Shown here piece after piece: positions 59,199 through 64,000 of a stretch of 64,000 nt of DNA. The stretch's first letter is position 1. The number at the start of each line of letters is the position of its first letter. Source of the stretch: Rickettsiales bacterium (lineage in GTDB: Bacteria > Pseudomonadota > Alphaproteobacteria > Rickettsiales > UBA1997); assembly GCA_017620845.1 (NCBI GenBank), contig JAGAUJ010000012.1, positions 1,315 through 65,314 on the forward strand, written 5' to 3'. The notes under the pieces are model-generated. The model did not search any database, was not told the origin of the DNA, and saw only the letters and a list, made by a program, of their open reading frames with translations. A program made the position numbers and the translations under genes.

Positions 59199-60108
59199 TT
59201 TTTATTTATATACACTATTGATTAATGTGTTTTTGATTGGTAGTGTATATGCTTTGCCAAAATGGGTTAATGATCCAAAGTTAGAGTGTAAGGAAGAGAA
59301 TATTTGCGCTGTTGGAATTGGAAATAATTATAATCTTGCAATAAGTGATGCTAAAAATAATATACAAAAGTATTTTGAAACAAAAATAAGTAGTAGTTTT
59401 AGAAATGAATTAATAAATAATAATGATAATGTTAAAGAATATTCAAGTGAATTTATTAATGAAGAAACTTTGGGTGTTTTGAAAGGTGTTGAGGTTGTAA
59501 AAACTTTTAATAACAATAAAATTTTTTATGTTTTGGCTTCATTGGATAAAACTAAAATGATTAATGAAGTTAAGACAGATATACAATCTATTGATGAAAA
59601 AATGTTAGTTTTAGTTAATGAAGCAACAGTATCATCAATAAAAAAACTTGAAAAAATGTTTTCTCAAAGAGAGGAGTTAAATAAAAAATATTTATTTTTG
59701 ACAAATACAAAAATCCCAGAAATTGTAAAATATGAAGATATTATTGATAAAAAGAATAAAAATAAAAAAAATTCTGTAAATTATTATGTTGATGTAGATA
59801 ATAGTGATGTGAGGGTGCTGTTGAATAATCTTATTACTGAAAACGCTGGAAGTATTGTAAATAATAGTATAAATGCAAATATTGTAATAAAAGGAAAAAT
59901 AACTACTAAAAAAGAATTTTTACAAGTTAGTGGATTTGAAAAACATTCTATAACTGTGGAAATTTCTTCTATAAGGGATGGAAAAATTATTAATACATTA
60001 ACTAAAAAGGAAACTGATACAGGTGTAAGTTATGAACAAGTGTATTCTAAATGTATAAATAGAATTTCTAATTATATAACTGAAAATTTTATTAATTTAA
60101 TTGAATAG
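59179..60108 (+). CDS. Exported LPP20-domain protein
   Basis: Signal peptide, LPKWV, AVGIG...A..DAK..I...FETKISS, YVLASLDK. Confidence 0.65.
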   Translation: MKMKIINFYLYTLLINVFLIGSVYALPKWVNDPKLECKEENICAVGIGNNYNLAISDAKNNIQKYFETKISSSFRNELINNNDNVKEYSSEFINEETLGVLKGVEVVKTFNNNKIFYVLASLDKTKMINEVKTDIQSIDEKMLVLVNEATVSSIKKLEKMFSQREELNKKYLFLTNTKIPEIVKYEDIIDKKNKNKKNSVNYYVDVDNSDVRVLLNNLITENAGSIVNNSINANIVIKGKITTKKEFLQVSGFEKHSITVEISSIRDGKIINTLTKKETDTGVSYEQVYSKCINRISNYITENFINLIE

Positions 60109-60115
60109 GTAAGAT

Positions 60116-60727
60116 ATGAAAAAAATATTATTGTTAGGTGTTATTGTTTTAATTTCTTCTTGTGCTCCAAGTTTAAAAACACAAAGGATGACTACATTTG
60201 AAGGAGATGAAAAAGCAATGACAATTACGGATGATTGGGTTGCTGTAGATACTGATTTGGCAACAAAATATATTATTGATAAATTGACCAATCATGTAAG
60301 ATATCAAAGATATTTAAGAGAACATAATTATAAAATTCCAAAATTGTTTATAGGAGAGGTGGAGAATCAAACAAGTGAGGATAATTTTCCAGTGCAAGCA
60401 TTAAATAATAAAATATTAAATGAATTTTTTGATAGTGGTAATTTTGACTTAATATCTATAAAAGATAGAGATAGGATATTGAAAGAAATTAAATATCAAA
60501 ATAGTGGTATGGTGAAAGAAAGTGATATTAAAAGTATAGGCAAAGCATCTGGTGCGGATCTTATTTTATCTGGTGAAGTTGTAATGGAAGAAAAAAGATT
60601 AGGCGGTAAAACACTAAAAGAATACTCTTTGAGTATGAGACTTGTTGATATTGAAAGTGGTGAAGAGGTATCAAGAGCATTGTATGAAACTACAAAATAT
60701 TCTAAACAAAAAAAGTTTAGTTGGTAG
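60116..60727 (+). CDS. LpoB/CsgG-HfaB-like lipoprotein
   Basis: Lipobox ISSC, V.NQTSE, EIKYQNSG.V, GKASGADLILSG, MRLVDIESGE. Confidence 0.75.
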   Translation: MKKILLLGVIVLISSCAPSLKTQRMTTFEGDEKAMTITDDWVAVDTDLATKYIIDKLTNHVRYQRYLREHNYKIPKLFIGEVENQTSEDNFPVQALNNKILNEFFDSGNFDLISIKDRDRILKEIKYQNSGMVKESDIKSIGKASGADLILSGEVVMEEKRLGGKTLKEYSLSMRLVDIESGEEVSRALYETTKYSKQKKFSW

Positions 60728-60744
60728 AAAAATAGTGTAATGAA

Positions 60745-62253
60745 ATGAAGGTAAAATATAGTATAGTCATAATTTGTTGTTTTTTAACATCTTGCATAAG
60801 TTATGACTATGTTAAAATTAGAGAAGATATAAGAACAAATTTAAAGGCAAATAATCATATAAAAGCAATACAAAATGTAAATGATAAGGATTATTATTCA
60901 AAAGATAATTCTGTTTTGTTAAAAAAATTAGAACAAGGAACGGTTCATTTTAATGTTGGAAATTATTATCAATCATTACAGTATTTTGATGAGGCAGAAA
61001 AAATAGCAGAATCTTTGTATACTGTAAAAATATCTTCAAAATTAAAAGGCATGATAAATGATAATTTGGATGACTATTCCGGCGAAAGATATGAAATATC
61101 TTTGTTGTATTTTTATAAATCGTTGGCAAATTACAATCTCTATTTAATTGGAAAATATGAGTCTTATACTGCCGAAGTTGATGGTAAAAAAACACTTAAA
61201 AAAGAGAAAATACTTACATTAGAAGAAAAAATAAATCATTTGAGAAAAGCAAGAAGTAATATTATGAAGTGGGATAGTTTGTTGAATTCATATAAAAATG
61301 AAAGTAAAAAAATTACGGATTATAATTTGGATTTATTACAAAAAATTTGGGGTGCATTTATTTTTGAAGAAAATGGTGGAGGTGCCGATATACAAAGAGC
61401 AAAAGCAATGTATAAAAGTGCACAAAAAATATTGAATAGTAATTATTTAATTTACCCAACATTTAATGTGAGGTATGATAAGTTTATTAAAAATAAGGAA
61501 GTAAAAACGGCAGAATATACAGATTTTTATGTAAATATGAATAATTTTATTAATGAAAAAATAAAACAGTTGGAGTCTTACGATAAAAATAATCTTGTGG
61601 TTTTAATAAATGAAAATTATGTTCCATTTAAAAAAGTAAAAATTGTTCCAGTTCCAATGGATATGGCATTATTTATGGGACAATCAATAGATTTTTTTAC
61701 TTTCATGAGAAGTATTGTTGTATTTAGTTCTTTGGATGGTTTGCCTTACTTTAAAATTCAGTTACCATATGTGGAGGAATATAAAATAGATGATGATTTT
61801 ATTGCTGAAATTTATAAAAATAATGAAAAAGTTAAAGAATTTTCAGTTAATTTGGTGGAACCAATTGCTGATATTTTGAATAATGATTTTGAGGTTGAAA
61901 AAAGTGCTTTATATACAAAAATAACTACAAGCACATTGTTGCAGTATGCAACTGCTATTAAGGCATCATATGAACTTTATAAATCTATGTTAGAAAACAA
62001 TGGAAATCATACACTTGCTTTATCTCTTGCAACTATGTCCTATATGGCATCAGTAAAATCAATAGAAAATCTTAATAGACCGGATTTGAGACAGTGGAGT
62101 ACTTTGCCGAAGGCGGTTAGATTTGGTGGTGTAAAATTGGAGAATGGCAACTATACATTGAAAATAAAATCTATAAATAAAAATGTTTATATTTATAATA
62201 AAAATATAGAAATCAAAGACGATAAAAGTGAATTTGTAAATTTTAGGTATTAA
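60745..62253 (+). CDS. COG3014-like TPR lipoprotein
   Basis: Lipobox LTSC, LEQG, Y.GERYE, C-terminal DLRQWSTLP. Confidence 0.7.
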   Translation: MKVKYSIVIICCFLTSCISYDYVKIREDIRTNLKANNHIKAIQNVNDKDYYSKDNSVLLKKLEQGTVHFNVGNYYQSLQYFDEAEKIAESLYTVKISSKLKGMINDNLDDYSGERYEISLLYFYKSLANYNLYLIGKYESYTAEVDGKKTLKKEKILTLEEKINHLRKARSNIMKWDSLLNSYKNESKKITDYNLDLLQKIWGAFIFEENGGGADIQRAKAMYKSAQKILNSNYLIYPTFNVRYDKFIKNKEVKTAEYTDFYVNMNNFINEKIKQLESYDKNNLVVLINENYVPFKKVKIVPVPMDMALFMGQSIDFFTFMRSIVVFSSLDGLPYFKIQLPYVEEYKIDDDFIAEIYKNNEKVKEFSVNLVEPIADILNNDFEVEKSALYTKITTSTLLQYATAIKASYELYKSMLENNGNHTLALSLATMSYMASVKSIENLNRPDLRQWSTLPKAVRFGGVKLENGNYTLKIKSINKNVYIYNKNIEIKDDKSEFVNFRY

Positions 62254-62271
62254 TAGTAATATATTATTTTC

Positions 62272-62299
62272 TTGACAATACTAAACAAAAAAATACAAT
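62272..62299 (+). promoter_or_regulatory. Putative sigma70 promoter of metK
   Basis: TTGACA-16 nt-TACAAT. Confidence 0.55.
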
Positions 62300-62376
62300 A
62301 AGCTTAATAAATGGTAGAAGACCTCAATTATACCGTTGTTATTTATTTTCTTATCAATAATTATGTGGTAATTGTA

Positions 62377-63546
62377 ATGAAAAATTACATATTTACAAGT
62401 GAGGCTGTGTCAGAAGGGCATCCAGATAAAATTTGTGACCAAATTTCAGATTCAATATTAGATTTGTTTTTAAGCAAAGATCCGTATTCAAGAGTTGCTT
62501 GTGAAACATTGGCAACAACAAATACTGTAAAAATAGCAGGTGAATTTAGATGTTCTAAGGAAGTTTTAAATAAAGAAATTGAAGATACTGTTAGAAATAC
62601 GATTAAAGAAATTGGTTATGAACAAGAAGGTTTTAGTTGGAAAACTGTGAAAATTGAAAACTTAATGCATTGTCAATCTATGGACATTGCGGTTGGTGTT
62701 GATGAGACTCAAAATAAAGAAGAGGGGGCTGGTGATCAAGGTATAATGTTTGGTTATGCTTGTAATGAAACAGAAGATTTTATGCCATCGGCAATTTATT
62801 ATTCTAATAGATTATTGGAAGAAATATTAAAAGATATTAAGAGTGGTAAAATTCTTGATTTAGGACCAGATGCAAAAGCACAAATTACATTAAAATATGT
62901 AAACGATTTTCCGGTAAAAGCAGATACTGTGCTTATTTCTATACAACATAGGCAAAGTGTAAGTTTAGATAAAATTAAAGAAATAGTTGTTCCATATATT
63001 AAAAAGGTTTTACCAGAAAATTTTATTGATGAAGAAACAAAGATTTTAGTAAATCCAACTGGTAGATTTGTTATAGGTGGACCAGATGGAGATACTGGTT
63101 TAACTGGTAGAAAAATTATAGTTGATACTTACGGTGGTTATGCTCCACATGGTGGTGGTGCTTTTAGTGGAAAAGATCCTACAAAAGTTGATAGAAGTGC
63201 TGCTTATGTAGCAAGATATTTAGCAAAAAATGTTGTTGCAAGTGGTGTAGCAGATAAATGTTTAATACAATTGTCTTATGCTATTGGTGTTGCAGAACCA
63301 ATATCTGTTTATGTTGATACTTATGGGACAAATAAAGTTGATGAAGAGGAAATACAAAAAGTTTTATTAACTCTTGTTGATTTAAAACCAAGAAGTATAA
63401 GGGAGATTTTACAGTTAAATAAACCATTTTATAAAAAAACTGCTGCTTATGGACATTTTGGTAGAAAACCTGAGGCTGATGGCTGCTTCTCTTGGGAAAA
63501 AACTGATTTGGTTAATAGTATTAAAAAATATTTTGGAATGAATTAA
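62377..63546 (+). CDS. metK: S-adenosylmethionine synthetase
   Basis: [56 protein letters not shown]; start at MKNYIF. Confidence 0.98.
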   Translation: MKNYIFTSEAVSEGHPDKICDQISDSILDLFLSKDPYSRVACETLATTNTVKIAGEFRCSKEVLNKEIEDTVRNTIKEIGYEQEGFSWKTVKIENLMHCQSMDIAVGVDETQNKEEGAGDQGIMFGYACNETEDFMPSAIYYSNRLLEEILKDIKSGKILDLGPDAKAQITLKYVNDFPVKADTVLISIQHRQSVSLDKIKEIVVPYIKKVLPENFIDEETKILVNPTGRFVIGGPDGDTGLTGRKIIVDTYGGYAPHGGGAFSGKDPTKVDRSAAYVARYLAKNVVASGVADKCLIQLSYAIGVAEPISVYVDTYGTNKVDEEEIQKVLLTLVDLKPRSIREILQLNKPFYKKTAAYGHFGRKPEADGCFSWEKTDLVNSIKKYFGMN

Positions 63547-63617
63547 ATAATTTGTAGTAAAATATTATTTGAGTATTTTATAATAGGTTGAAGATATGTT
63601 TAATTTATTGATATTTT

Positions 63618-63648
63618 ACCACCAGTAAAGGCTGGTGGTTTTTATTTT
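63618..63648 (+). terminator. Intrinsic terminator after metK
   Basis: ACCACCAG-taaagg-CTGGTGGT followed by T tract. Confidence 0.8.
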
Positions 63649-63783
63649 GTATTGTTTGTTGTTACATTAAGATTGATTGGTATTGTAGTGCTCATGTTTT
63701 TATGGTATTAAATATTTAATATATTTTAAAATATATAATTTTTCTTGATTTATTTAAAAATAATTGCTAAAATTACATCAGTG

Positions 63784-63868
63784 GCGGTCGTGGCGGAACT
63801 GGTAGACGCGCAATGTTGAGGTCGTTGTCCTGCGAAGGGTGGAGGTTCAAGTCCTCTCGGCCGCACCA
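63784..63868 (+). tRNA. tRNA-Leu (GAG)
   Basis: GCGGTCGTGGCGGAACTGGTAGACGCGCAATGTTGAGGTCGTTG...GGTTCAAGTCCTCTCGGCCGCACCA; long variable arm, encoded CCA. Confidence 0.96.
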
Positions 63869-64000
63869 TATGATTGATGTTTAAAATTTTTATCTTTGAT
63901 ATTATATATATTGATAATTTTGGTTTTGTATATTACATTTACAACCCCACTGTTTTTTAGTAGAAATATTTATATTTTCAGTTGTCTTGTTTAATTAAAA

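Noticed and set aside
2554-61195. Many short antisense or overlapping ORFs in the track (e.g. 2554-2850, 8807-9136, 22203-22535, 45142-45615, 57393-57791)
   Set aside because: Shadows of real genes on the opposite strand or frame, with no motifs or RBS.
62311-62376. N-terminal extension of MetK
   Set aside because: Homology begins at MKNYIFTSE; ATG 62377 is the more plausible start.
62300-62377. SAM riboswitch in the metK leader
   Set aside because: Only weak pairing (caatta/taattg), and no match by eye to SAM-II, SAM-V, SAM-SAH or SMK consensus. An Rfam/Infernal scan would settle it.

Overview
Very AT-rich, gene-dense chromosomal window, most likely from a Rickettsiales-like alphaproteobacterium. 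This is inferred from the virB3-virB4-giant virB6 array, a TacA-like regulator and ELM1-waaA. Anaerobe-type genes (desulfoferrodoxin, ferritin) suggest a gut or low-oxygen niche. The backbone is housekeeping: birA, kdsA/B/D, waaA, folC, trmL, ftsY, holA, rnhB, coaX, lolC/E, mgtE, metK, tRNA-Asn and tRNA-Leu. Main discoveries: (1) An unannotated DNA-inversion switch at 55501-55698. Two 28-bp lox/dif-like palindromic sites with inverted spacers flank a sigma70-like promoter that currently points away from a glycerol-phosphate surface-polysaccharide operon (apparent OFF state). A RelBE toxin-antitoxin pair and a minimal tyrosine recombinase lie next to it. (2) A three-gene split type IV ABC exporter in which two divergent TMDs each carry the first NBD strand and A-loop and share one stand-alone NBD. 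(3) An alaS that ends cleanly at 375 aa. (4) Two genes broken by a missing A at AAAAAG runs. (5) T4SS effector candidates and a GC-skew pattern that follows transcription units. All calls come from reading motifs by eye; no database searches were run.
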